Shown here: one piece after another, positions 23,384 through 35,460 of the stretch
How positions within the stretch are numbered: position 1 is the stretch's first letter
How the letters are laid out: the number at the start of each line of letters is the position of its first letter
Source: Camelus ferus
Taxonomy: Eukaryota
Length of the DNA stretch: 64,000 nt
Reading direction: 5' to 3'
NCBI RefSeq assembly: GCF_009834535.1
Contig: NC_045696.1
Location: 13,022,001 to 13,086,000 of the forward strand
Made by a program: the position numbers and the translations under genes
Notes under the pieces: model-generated
What the model saw: the letters and a program-made list of their open reading frames with translations, nothing else
Database searches by the model: none
Told to the model about the DNA's origin: nothing

Positions 23384-26300
23384 ACCACTAAATTTGTATA
23401 TCCATATCCGATTAAGATCATGTTTCATTAAAAGTGAACTTTCATAGTATTTAATTTACACTTTCTTCTTAATGTGCTTATCCAAATGTAGCAAAACTAG
23501 AAATGTTAGATGCTCAATAAAACTCTCTGAAATTGCTTCTGATTGAATAGAGTTGTGCATTCCACTTCCAGTTTTTCACCACTCATATGACTTTGCTAAC
23601 TTGAGCCTTTTGATAAGTAGGCAAGTATGACTGTGGCGTTTGTATGAGGAAATCTTTGATGAGTTCATTATCACGCCTGAAAAAAGAAGTTCCCAGCAGT
23701 CAGGTATTGAAGGAAGCACAGATTTTAGCCTTGCTTCGGATTTAATTTTAGTCTTTAGGTAGTGCTGTAGGGTTTTTAAAGGAATATTGTCTCTTTCAGT
23801 CCCTAATTTTTAAAAATTTACCTGAGTCAGTTCTGTCATTCAGCTTCTAAGCAGGCTCTTGTAATCAGGCTTCCAGCAGCGGCTCAGGCTAGTGGCAGTC
23901 CAGATCAGGGTCTTCTGGCCTCGTGTTGTCTCAGTTGGGGGCGATCTTGCCTTTTGTGTGGAGGCTTATTTTGGCCTTCTGCGTTGCTCCTTTCTGGGGG
24001 AGAGGCCCGTATTTACATCTCCCCTTCCCACAGGGTATTCCTTGCCTCCAGGCCAAATTGAGCAAGGGCTCCCTCTAGGGGCTTCGAGGCTACACTCCTG
24101 TGTGAACAGGCGTTTTCAGGCATGAGCCTCACTGAAGGGTAGGCTGCCCCTTGCAAAGCAATGGTGAGGCCTAAGAAGACTGTCCCCTGGGGATATTTTT
24201 CCCTTTACGTGGACTTAAGCAATCCAGAGGCAATGAAAGACAGGCATGGATCCAAGGCTAGTCCCTCGCCATTCCCTCCCTGGGCCTGCGTGCCAGAGAA
24301 TTTCAGGCAGTGAGAGTAGGTTGGTGACACTGGCCTGGCACCATCCGTTAAAAGCTAGAGCCTTACTGGCACTCTAGTGTGTGGGACCCAGCTGCTCTGA
24401 AGGAAGCAGCACGTAGTCGTCCCAACTCTGCCTAAAAGCCCTGTGAAGTCGTTTTCCTTGGAAACTGCAGCGGCGGTGCCGTGAGGCTGCCTGCCCGGGT
24501 TCAAGGCCGGCTCCTGGGGGCCTTGGCTTGTAAGGCTGCAGAGCTGTTAGTGTTTCAGACACCCGCAGGCCTGCTGCCTGCAAGTTAGTTTATGCCACGT
24601 GGTACCCATCTTCTAAGGCTCTTGCAGTCCATCATGGTGTGTGTAGGGGGTGAGCTGTGCGGGCAGTATTTCTGCCGATTGAGTTTAAGTTCCTAGTCAG
24701 TCGGTTCTAGCAAGCGGGCATTGACAGGCATCAGGGGAAACTGATGTGAGGAATCCCTCCATGCCCCTGAGTGTCCACCACAGCCTTTGGGGACACGAGG
24801 TACTGTCTTCTGCGATAACTGCTCTGACGGCTCGCTTTAAGACCAGGTGGCACGAATGCTGTGACAGTCCTGCTTGCGTTTCTGTTAACTCGGAGTCATT
24901 AGATTCTTGGTGTGGGGCCAGTACAACTTCTGAGTCTCGGAAGGAATGATGTTATTCCAGTGAAAGGCAACCCACACGTCTGCTGAGGTCCTAGCGCCCG
25001 ATGCTTCCGTATGTCCGCTCAGCCTATTCAAGGCCCCGAAGAGGGCATTTGGGACTTCACAGAAAGTCTCATTTTGTGAGAAGAATACCATATGCTACAG
25101 TGACCTTCCAGATTCAGAATGCTCACAGGCTGGTCTGAAACCTCTCACCCAGGCCACCTGCACGTCAGTGCTGTGAAAACCCACTGGGCCGAGCACAAGC
25201 CTCCGCACACCACAAGGTGAAATCCGCCACCTCCGCCATGGGCCATGCCTCCGCTATGGGCCGCGCCTCCACAAGGTTCCAGATCACACGTGTGTTTTAC
25301 TACCCAAATTCTGTTCTTCTGATTTTGATTTCTCAGTATCTCCAAACACTGCCCTGCCCCACTACAATCTTGGGTTTCTAGAGGAGCATGTCATAGTCCC
25401 TTCCTGAGTTGTGAACAATTAGAGAAAGGAAAAGGAACGGTCAATGGAAAACCAAAATAAAACCTCAATAAAGAGTAGTTGAAGGAGTAACTTGGAGAGA
25501 GAGCCTGGTGTGAACTCCAGAGTGAGGCAAGTTTACATGATCAGTTTGTTTCCTGTGAAAGGGAGATACCTTCCCCCCACTCCTGGTTTCTGTGAAGAGA
25601 GATTTTCCTCGAAGCAGCACAGCACCACCTGTACTGACTCCTCTCTGATGAGCAAGGGGGTATGGAGGGGTGAGGCACAATGGTGCTATTTGGAGACAGG
25701 TGTGTCCCAAGGGGAAGAAGGACCATGCAGAGTGGAGGACAGCCAGTTATTTCCCCCAACTTTATCAATCAGCTAGGTCATTCCACCTCTCTAGGGACAG
25801 AGTGAGTAAAGAGGTTAAGGGAAGATCTTCTCCCAGCAGCCGGAGCGTAGGAGGTTAAGGGAAAAATATGGAGAGGAATCATGGGGAGGCAGTGGGCCTA
25901 AGGGCTTTTGGAAAGTTTACAAGAAGGGAAACAGCCAGGGATTTAAAAGAGGGGCAGGCCACGCTGAGAGTCATGAACTCGTCCCCCAGACTCCAGCCTC
26001 CCTTTCGCCCCTAGTGGGAACATAGGTTCAGGTTTGAAAACAAAGTATTACCTTGGGCTTAAGTCCAAACACTTCTTTTTCTTCTCCCTCACTTCTGTTA
26101 TCTACACTGTTCAGAAGTTTAAACAAGATAATGGGAAAGATTTTAAAAATCGATTACAGCATATTCCTTTTCCATTTAAAAATAACTGTCTTTTCAGCAG
26201 ACAGTTTTCCTTCTCCCCATCTTAGCTGACATTTTGTCACTGTTCAGAAAGCCAGCTGTTTCCTAAACAGTAAATTTCCTTCTTGCAGGAGACTGGACCT

Positions 26301-26472
26301 AAATAATTTCCTAGATACCATCTTGATAGGTAGGTTTCTGGTGTGATATTAATCTCTGGCAAGGAAATCCTGTGAATAATACCCAGATTACTATTAAATA
26401 TGGAAATATCCACTATAATTTAATCTTTCTAAAGTTATACCTCTTTGATCCACCTCAGAAACTTTGAATCTT

Positions 26473-26544
26473 TTTGCTTTGGATTGTTGATTTCAAATAA
26501 TTTTCCTTTGCTTTGGATTGTTCATTTCAAATAATTTTCCTTTG
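26473..26544 (+). repeat. 34-bp tandem duplication (x2.1)
   Basis: TTTGCTTTGGATTGTT(G/C)ATTTCAAATAATTTTCC twice, one mismatch. Confidence 0.95.
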
Positions 26545-27632
26545 TGAAATGAGTAAATTTCTGTTTTACTTGCTTTGATTTAAATGATAACCTTCAGTGA
26601 ACAGGATCACTACTAGTTCCTTTCAAATGAATTTTTCTTAAAAATTTTTTTTTTTAAACATCATATTTTGGTCTTGTCTGAGACTTTTATCCAATTTTTT
26701 TTTAGAAGATCTCAATTCCCGTGCTCGGCTTCTGATATCTGAAGTGTCTGTTGTTGGAAATGGTGGAAAAAAATTAATCTGCCAAGAAGTCTTCCATACC
26801 ATTCCTAGAATCTTGGGTATCTGCTCAAACAGCTCTGTTTCGGCTAAACAGATAAATAAGCGGCATCTGGGAGGGGAGCTGGTTGTGGAATCAAGGATGG
26901 GGTTTGAAACTTACCAGGATGAGGAAGGGAGCACATATACATTAAGGAGATCAAGCTGCTAAGATAAGACAGGAGAATTTGGCTAGTCCAAGCACTTCAT
27001 AGACTAGCCTTATGTTCAACAGGGTCTAGGAGAGCAGACAGCTGCAAACGTACTTTAAATGGGGTAAAGACAAAGTATGCACTTAAGGGCTAAAGGAACT
27101 GCACAAATTTAGCAACGACTCAGGCACAAATCCAGGCCTTTTCAGAAGAAGACCTTAGGGACGAACAGAAAGCATATGGATCTGGAGTTAAGATACCTAG
27201 TCTTGAAGCCTGCTTTTGATAATGACTGACGAGCCATAGGAAATTATACTTAATTTCTCCCATAGTTTTTTTTATCTGTACGCCTTCCATATTGGGTCTT
27301 CTGGCCCTTGAGATCAAAGTCAGATTGACTCAAACTTTCATTCACATCCTATGAAAGTTCTTATCAACTATTCAACACATACTTATCGAATGCGCTCCTT
27401 AAACTGGTGGGTTTCTGGAGTGTGAGTGTGGGTGTTTGTGGTGGGACTGCTTGGTCACCCTGTCTTAGGCACCTGCTTCCATCAAAATAGTTCAGCTTAT
27501 CATTGTCTTGTGCTGTTTTACACCTTGTGGATGGATCCACTCAACTCCATAACTTCCTTTAGTTCCACTCAAATGAATAAGTAGGTAAGCAAAGTAAGTA
27601 AGTAAATAAACAAACAAATAAAATACCCCTGG

Positions 27633-27817
27633 GGTGGGGGATTAAGTGGTACAAACTATTATGTATAAAATGAGCTACAAGGATATATTGTGCAGCACGA
27701 AGAATAGAGCCAATGTTTTATAACTATAAATGGAGTATAACCTTTAAAATCTGTGAATCACTATATTGTACACCTGTAACATGTAATATCATTCATCAAC
27801 TATCCTTCAGTAAAAAA
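27633..27817 (+). mobile_element. 5'-truncated L1 3' end with degenerate TSD
   Basis: gtacaaactattatgtataaaat...gctacaaggatatattg...gaatcactatattgtacacctg...; flanks aaatacccctgg / agatacctctgg. Confidence 0.8.
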
Positions 27818-28874
27818 GATACCTCTGGCTCTAGGCTTTTATGAGTAGAATAGGCTTTGAAAATTTGGGAAATGATGTATTTATTTCCCAGCAATACAGG
27901 TAGCTTCAAGGTGAATCCTGTTAGAGCTCTGTCTGGAGGACTTGCCCTCCACTGGGGAATTTTTCACAGGCTGCCCCACCTCGTGTTGGGTCTCAGCCTC
28001 ATGCCAGCTCGCTGGCAGCTCTCTCTTCCCTTCTCCCCCCGATTTCCTGGGAGTCTCCATTCCAGAGCGCACTCGGGAATCTGTGGAGCCGTTCAGCTCT
28101 CCCCACTCTCAGACCCTGAGGGTGGCTTTGGACCGTCGGCACTGATAAAACCACACAAGAGCTCAGCAGAACAGAGGGCATTTTGTGAAGCAGGATCTGT
28201 CCCATCTAGAAGGCAGCTCATTCATTCATTCATTCAACAGAAATCTAGTAAGCCCCAGAAGGAACCGCTGAACACTGTTCTGGGCTCCATGGATCCTACA
28301 GAGAAAGAGAAAGAGACAAAAATCTCTGTCTCCCTAAATTTATGTTCTAGTCAGGATAAATGGACCATAAGCTGATTATAAAGCATAGAGTCTATTAGAT
28401 GATGAAAAGAAACATGAAAAACTAAGCACAGGAGGGTGAGTGGGGTGGCAGTTTTGCACAGGGTGGCAATGGAGAGTCACCTGAGAAGTGACATTTGAAT
28501 AAAGAACTGAAGGTTAAGTGAGTAAATTGGTTACACATTGAAAGTTATTTTGGCTTAAATTATGCAGTGAAAATGGAGAAGATACCAAACTTGTAAGGCT
28601 GTAGTAAGGATCAGAGGAACCAAGGTATGGAAAAATTGCCATCAGAAGGTCAGTTAGCACATACCTAACATGTGATAAGTTACAGTGTTCTTTTTTTTTT
28701 TAAACAAACAACTTTTCTTTGAATTATAGTTGATTTACAATGTTGTGTTAATTTCAAGTGTACAGCAAAGTGATTCAGTCATACATATACATGTAGTTTT
28801 TTTCAGATTCTTTTCCATTATGGGTTATTACAAGATATTATCATGCCATACAATAGGTTTGTCTTCTTATTCCA

Positions 28875-29088
28875 TAGAATAGTACCATCCAATACAGTAC
28901 CTACTAGCCCCCAAAGGCTATTTTTAAGTTACATTAATTAAAATTAAGTAATAGTAAAAAATTCAGTTTCTCAGTCTCACTAGCCACATTTCAAATTCTC
29001 AATAGCCACATGTGTATGAAGACTGCCATTTTGCACAAAGCAGACATGGAACATTTCTCTCATTGTAGAAAATTCTGTGGCATAGTGT
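28875..29088. mobile_element. MER3-like hAT-Charlie element
   Basis: aaattcagtttctcagtctcactagccacatttcaaattctcaatagccacatg. Confidence 0.8.
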
Positions 29089-30319
29089 GAAACAGACTAA
29101 CATGGATAAATCAAGGAAATATAGTTTTATATATAGCGGGAGTGTACTGGGACTTTGCTGCCTTAGAATTTCAGCTCAAGCGTCCTAGCTGAGGACAGTG
29201 GGAGACAAGTGCTCCCACATATTAGAGAGAGAGGTCAGCATAGACACATCTGTGCAGGGCTTACTAATGGCCAAATTCGTCCTTTGGCCAGACAGCTCCT
29301 GGTCTCCAGTCTAGATAAGAGAAGCCTCAGGATTCAATGAGAGACTGGGTTCTTTCAAGTGAATCCATGAGACAGTGTAGTGGAGAGTGGAGGGGGAGCT
29401 TCTGATCCTACACATCAAGTCAAGGGGGCAGCCAGGAGACCCTTGCATGGAGATGGGGCTGTCTGGTAGAAGGGGAGGCTGACATCTCACTCCTGGCTGG
29501 AGGCGCCTGAGCCGCAGACACTTGTCTGTTCCGCTTGGCTGATCTCAGAGGAAGGTAGGAAAGGGTTCATGAGTGAGCCTGATGTGTGTTCTTATGAATT
29601 TGGGAGGGGGTCTGTGTGAAGGGAGGGGTACCTGCTCCTCCGTGGGGAGGTCCAAGGATGGGGAGGCTGGCTGAGCTGTCCATGACAATGGCCGAGGAGA
29701 GACAGCAGAACCGCCCGTCCTGCTGCCTGTGGCCACCACAGAGGGGCTTGCATCTCTGCTGAGTGTCTACCATAGTGGGTAGGTAGGCTAAAGCCGTCTA
29801 AGGGCCTGCCTGTATAACAAGGGACAAAGTCTATGTATGTCCAGCGAAGACAACGGTCCAGGTGGAGCAGGAGTTGTCAGATGTCAGCTGGAAGTTGCCT
29901 CACCCACGTCTGACGTCCCTGTGGAAGGTCTCTGAGGGTCCTGCAGGTACGCCTTTCGAGGGACAGCTGATGTCTTGTTGCCTGCCTCGACAAGAGGGAT
30001 CAATGGCCAAGAGAGAACTAAAAACGGGGGCCAATGAGGAGGGAGCAGAGCCAGGGAGTGAAAGCAGAGGCCACATGCCCATGCCCTGTGGCTGGTCCCA
30101 GAGTCCTGAGACCAAGCAGGTGAAGTTAACGTAACTCACAAAACAGGAAGGACAGGCCTGTGGGCCGGAGGCCCGCACCCCGTCCAAAAGGGGCAGGTGC
30201 TGCTGACTCTTGTCATTTGTTGCAATGCAGGTCTGGGGTTACCAGACCTCGGAGTTTTCAAAAGAAGCCAGACTGCTGGATTTTTTGTACAAAACTATGT
30301 AATTAAAAAAATATATATA

Positions 30320-30825
30320 TTTTTTATTGAAGTGTAGTTGATTTTCAATGTTAGTTTCAAGTGTACAGCAAAGTGGTTCAGTTATACATATACATACATA
30401 TTTTTTCTTTTCAGATTCTTTTCCATTATATGTTATTACAAGAAATTGAATATAGTTCCCTGTGCTATATGGCAGGTCCTTGTGGTTTGTCTGTTTTATA
30501 TATAGTAGTGTGTGTCTGTTAATCCCCAACCCCCAATTTATCCCTCCCTAGTTTTCCCTTTTGGTAACCATAGTTTGTTTTCTATGTCTATGAGTCTGTT
30601 TTTGGTTTGTAAATAGAATTTGTATTCTTTTTTTTTTTTTAGATTCCACATACAAGTGATATCATATTATATTTGTCTTTCTCTATCTGACTTACTTCAC
30701 TCAACATGGTAATCTCTAGGTCCATCCATGTTGCTGCATATGGCATTATTTCATTCATTTTTATGGCTAAGTAATATTCTTATATATATATATATATATA
30801 GTGTCACATCTTCTTTATCCAGTCA
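30320..30825 (-). mobile_element. LINE-1 3' fragment
   Basis: ttttattgaagtgtagttgattt...gaatatagttccctgtgctat...tttagattccacatacaagtgatatcata...tccatccatgttgctgca. Confidence 0.9.
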
Positions 30826-31299
30826 CTATGTGATTTTCAAAATATATTATATATTTCAAACAGGTTCTGTCCTGGGTTTTTGAACACCTGAAAATAAAAC
30901 TATTCTTTTTGTCAAAAACAATGGTCACGTTTTGAAATTTGCCCAATTTACCACCAGGTGGGTAAGGGAGAGACACTGACAGAATATCAGAAGGGGTGGA
31001 AGACAAACCAAACCATTACTGAACTGTCTCTTCTGAATTTGACCCATTTAATACACTAGGTAGGTATATAACTAAAAAGTTTAGTTTTTATTTCACACTC
31101 CAGTCGCACTGAGGCATTTGCTAGTAAAATGTGCACATTTTCTTCTCTATTCCCCAGTTACAGTCTTGTGGTCTGACTTTTCTCTCCATCTCTCTCATGA
31201 AACTGGTTTCTCAGATTCACTCTACAGTGATCTGTTCTTCCACGCTCTGCTAGGTCTCCACCATCGGGCAGGGACTCCGGGGGTAGCCTAGGGGTGGCC

Positions 31300-31838
31300 C
31301 CAGGTTCTTTGACACTCCTTCTTTGGAAAGTGGGGTCCATTCTTTGCCCCTCTCCCTGGATCTCAGCAGGCTTGTGACAGCATCCCAGTGGAATATAACT
31401 TTATGGAACTCATTCCATGGGACTGCTGAGCCTGGCTCTCAAAAGGCCAAGAGGCAGCTGCCACATTTTTTTTTCTTCCGACTAGAACACTTGTTTTGGA
31501 ACCCTGAGTCACCATGAACAAGCCCGACTACTCTGAGGCCCTCAGGCTGTGAGAAAGGCCATGAGTAGGCCCTCCCACTGACCATACCAGCTGAGCCCAG
31601 CCCTCAAGTCATCCCAGGCTCCGAGCCAGATATGTGAGTAAAGAAGCCTCCAGATGATCCTAGCCCCCAGTTATTCAAGCCACGCCCAGCTGCTTGAGTC
31701 TCTCCAGCTGAGGTCTCAGATGACATGGACAGAGACAAACCAGCTTGTCTCTGACTCACAGATTCCATGAACATAAAGAAGAATTACAGTTATGCCACGA
31801 AGTTTTGGGGGTGGTTACATAGCAATAGATGACTGGAA
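31300..31838 (+). mobile_element. MaLR LTR (MLT1-family)
   Basis: ccagctgagcccagccc; 3' end gccacgaagttttgggggtggttacatagcaatagatgactggaa. Confidence 0.75.
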
Positions 31839-31859
31839 GGCTAGGACATCTGGACCCTA

Positions 31860-34100
31860 GACCTCAGCTGCCCTCTTGATCTCTCCATCTGGAGGTCTAA
31901 CAATCATCTCAAACTTAATATAACTGAGACAGACTTTTGAATACTCTTTTCTGACCGGAATTCTGCTCCCCTTCCAGTAATTTCCATCTCAGTGAATTAT
32001 CCCATTGCTCGAGGCACAGTCCTTAGACCCATCCCTCATTTCTCCCTTTCCTTCATCTCTCCCATCCAGTCCACCAGCAATGCCTGTTGGTTCTACCCCA
32101 AAATACAGCTTTCATCTGATTGAGTGGTCTTCTCACCTGGAGTCAACAATCTCGTCTGAGCCATTCCCATCTCTGCACTGAGCCACTGAGATGCCGTCTA
32201 ACTGGTCTGCTGGTTTCCCTCTTGTCCCTTTACATTCCATGCTACACAAAGGAGAGTGGCTTTTATGACACGTGAGCAGGTCATGTTTCTCCTCTGCTCA
32301 AAACACTTGAGTGGTTTCCTTTTTAAAAAAAAATAAATAAACTCTTTGCCACAGTCTTCCACCCTTTCTAGCATGCTGATTGCATTTCACGTTGCTCCCC
32401 TCTCCTGTTATTATCTTTCAGTGAGAGGGCCTCTTAGTTTCTTCACCTTGCCAAAGTTTTCCTCCATCTCCTATGCAGCATTTGAAAGGAACTTGCCAAG
32501 AACTGGTTTAGGAATCCTTAGCTGGCCACCCACTTCCTACAAAGGTAATTGAGAAGTTGAAGAGGAGTTTTTTTGAGAAGATAGAGAATTTCTTTAAAAA
32601 AGGTTATCATTGTGTTGGGAACCTAACCATCTCAAGCTTAGTGAGAGAGGCTATGAGGGACCCACTAGGTAAGCCTTGATGTCAGTCACCTGGAGATTGG
32701 GGGATGCAAAGGACTGGTACCTGACTCATGAAAATAAAAAGCAAAAACAACCCTGGGGTGAAAGATGGTTGGAACACCTGGGGCAGCAGAATAGAGAGCT
32801 GCATTTGGGAAGAAGTGGGATTTGCTCTGATGTGGGTCAGAGCTGCAGGATTCCAGCCACTAGATGGGGAATCCAAGGGAGGGCTGTTTGTCTGGGTTCA
32901 TTTCCAAAGGGATCCTATACAAGAGGGCTGCTGCCATGCAGTGAGGCAACTTCAGGTACAGAAGCTGAGGAGGGATTGCAAGTAGCCAACCAGTGGAGGT
33001 CTGAAAGACGAGCAAGACGCTGGGTAGAAAGGGTTGGGGAGGAGTGTTCTGAGCCTAGGTGATTGCATGTGAAAAAGCTGTGGGATAAGCATGGGTCTGA
33101 TTTATGTGTAGCGCTGAAATGTGTTTAGCATTATTGAATGCTGTGTGTGTGTCTGTGTGTGTGGTCAGGGTGATGATGACTCCAGGTTGGAGATATGGCA
33201 TGTGATAAGCCAGTCATGTGAGAAGAGTCCGGCCCTTCTTAGGTATATTATAGAGTTTGGAATTTATCTTAAAGACAGTGGGAAACTTTGGAAAGATGTG
33301 ATATGAACAGTCTTGTGTTTTAGGATGTTAGCTTTGGCTGTAGTGAGGAGAGTAGATTGTGGAGTGAAAGAATGGAATCGGAGAGATTAGTAAGAGACCA
33401 TGGCCGCAGTCAGACAAGGGATCGGGGTGGGCTGGACGAAGGAAGTGCTAAGTGGGAAAGCAAAACTGTGGCCAGATTCTTGAGACAGGTAGGAAAGAGG
33501 GGATGGATTTGAATTGGGGAAGATTGGTAAAAAAGACAGAGGAATCATGGACCCTTCCCAGATTTGTTTCTTGAATAACAGACTAGTTGGTGGTGTGAGT
33601 CAGTGAGGTGGTGAACACAAGATCAAGGCAGATTTGAGGAACAGATGCTGAATTCAGTAATGAATGGACAGCCCATGAGGCACCATGTGTGCTTCTCTGT
33701 GGAGACGTCTAACTGGTGGTTGATATATCAGACTTGTGCTCAGGAGGAAGATTTGCACCGAAGCTTTACATTTGTGCCATTAACATATAATCCACTTTCG
33801 AAGCCTTGAGTGGAGTGTGTACACTGAGCAGAGAAGATGGTCCAGAACAGACCCCAAAGGAATAATGATGTTTAGGAAAAAAGAATCTACAAGGGAGAAA
33901 AGATGGAGCACCAGAGGAGAAGGAAAACCAGAAAGCAAGAATAACATGGAAGAGCAGTGTTAGGAAGGAGACAAACTCCTTCCATAAGATAAAGATCGAA
34001 CATCTCCACTGGTGATGAGGTGCTCAGGGTGAGCTTGGTCAGGACCAAGTCTAGCGGGACAGGTGACTTGGTAAGTAACAGGTGGAAAAACAGCGTGGGT
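31860..34100. mobile_element. L2 fragments (plus strand ~31860-32340, minus strand ~33000-34100)
   Basis: catctcaaacttaata, ccatccagtccaccagcaa, ctctgctcaaaac; purine-rich opposite-strand L2 motifs further on. Confidence 0.6.
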
Positions 34101-34459
34101 AGAGAATGCTTGTTCTGCCGTGGCCAACAAACATGTGAAAAGATCTTCAAACTCAACGAACGACAAGGGAAGCTGAAATACAACCATAGTTTTACAGGCA
34201 AAGATTTTAAAGATTGTCAATCAAAACTTAATGTCAACAAGTAAGTGAAGAAATGACACTATCAGTTGAGAAGTAAATTGGTACAAACTTCCTAGTGGTG
34301 TTTTGACGACATCTACAGATTTATTCACAAAACTACTCAAGATCTTATGGTCTAGTCAGAGACAATATGGCTAAAACTGTACCTGATGGTGGTGTTGCGC
34401 TGGATGCCAAAGAGCTTAGCACAGGGGGCTCCTTGCATATCACAATGGGTTTGCTTTTT

Positions 34460-35460
34460 CTAACTTTTTTTTATTGTGGTAAAATATACATAACATTTAG
34501 CATTTTAACCATTTTCAGGTGTACAATTCAGTGGCATTAAGTACATTTACAATGGTGTGTAACCATTACCACTATCCATTTCCAGATTTTTTTCATCATC
34601 CAAACTGAAACTCTCCACTCACTAAACAGTATTTGATCCCCATTCTCCTCTCCTCCTTGGTCCTGGTAACCACCATTTGACTCTCTGTCTCTATGAATCT
34701 GACTACTCTATATACCACGTAAATGGGATCATATAATCGTCCTTTTGTATCTGGCTTATTTCACTTAGCATACTGCTCCCAAATTTTATCCATGTAGTAG
34801 CATGTCTCAGAACTTCATTCCTTTTTAAGACAATAATATTCCATTGTATATATATACACAATACATTTGTTTATCTATTCAATAGGGTTTTTCCTTTTTT
34901 CTTTCTTTCTTTTTTTCTTCCAATTTTATTGAGATATAATTGACATACAGCACAGTATGAGAATAGGGTGCACAGCATAATGACTTGACCCACATACACC
35001 ATGGAATGATTACCATAGTAAGTCCAGTGAGCATCCATCATGTCGTAAAGAGACAAAATTAAAGAAATAGAAAAAAAATTTCCCTTGTGACGAGAACTCT
35101 TAGGGTTTACTCTCTTAACTTCATATATAACGTACAGCCATGTTAATTATATTTATCATATTGTACATTAGATCCCGAGTACTTATTTATCTTATAACTA
35201 AAAGTTGGTACCTTTTGACCACCTTCATCCAATCCCGCTTCCTCTTAATCCCTGCCTTGGGTGACCACGGGTCTGTGAGTTTGTTTGCTTTTGCAGTACA
35301 CAGAACGATCACTATCGTAAGGCTAGTTACCACCTGTCAACATACAAAGATACCACATTATTATTATTACATTCCCCACACCATACATTTCATAGTTGTG
35401 GCTCATTTACTTTGTAACTGGAAGTTTGTACCTCTTAATTTCCCTCATCTGTTTCTCACT
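34460..35460 (-). mobile_element. Two adjacent LINE-1 3' fragments
   Basis: tttattgtggtaaaatatacataac...ggtgtacaattcagtggcattaagtacatt; second tail ttttattgagatataattgacatacagcac. Confidence 0.85.

Larger units (their letters stand above)
20202..23405 (+). other. BACH1: BACH1 3'UTR (~3.2 kb; 3' end approximate)
   Basis: Follows the stop codon, contains no recognisable transposon, has an AU-rich distal half with miRNA seed matches and an AATAAA cluster at the end. Confidence 0.8.

Noticed and set aside
26005..26020. CTCF-like motif CCACTAGGGGCG on the minus strand
   Set aside because: One G short of the core spacing; similar partial matches near 32857 and 43895 lack key positions.
9080..26544. 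31- and 34-bp direct repeats as a possible array system
   Set aside because: Two unrelated head-to-tail duplications without spacers in mammalian DNA; not CRISPR-like.
27857..28375. 172-aa ORF
   Set aside because: Non-ATG start, runs into an L2 remnant (cattcattcattc), no protein family recognised.
29400..30230. GC-richer stretch with short ORFs, considered as a second retrocopy
   Set aside because: No recognisable protein in any frame; part resembles a degenerate MLT1 LTR.
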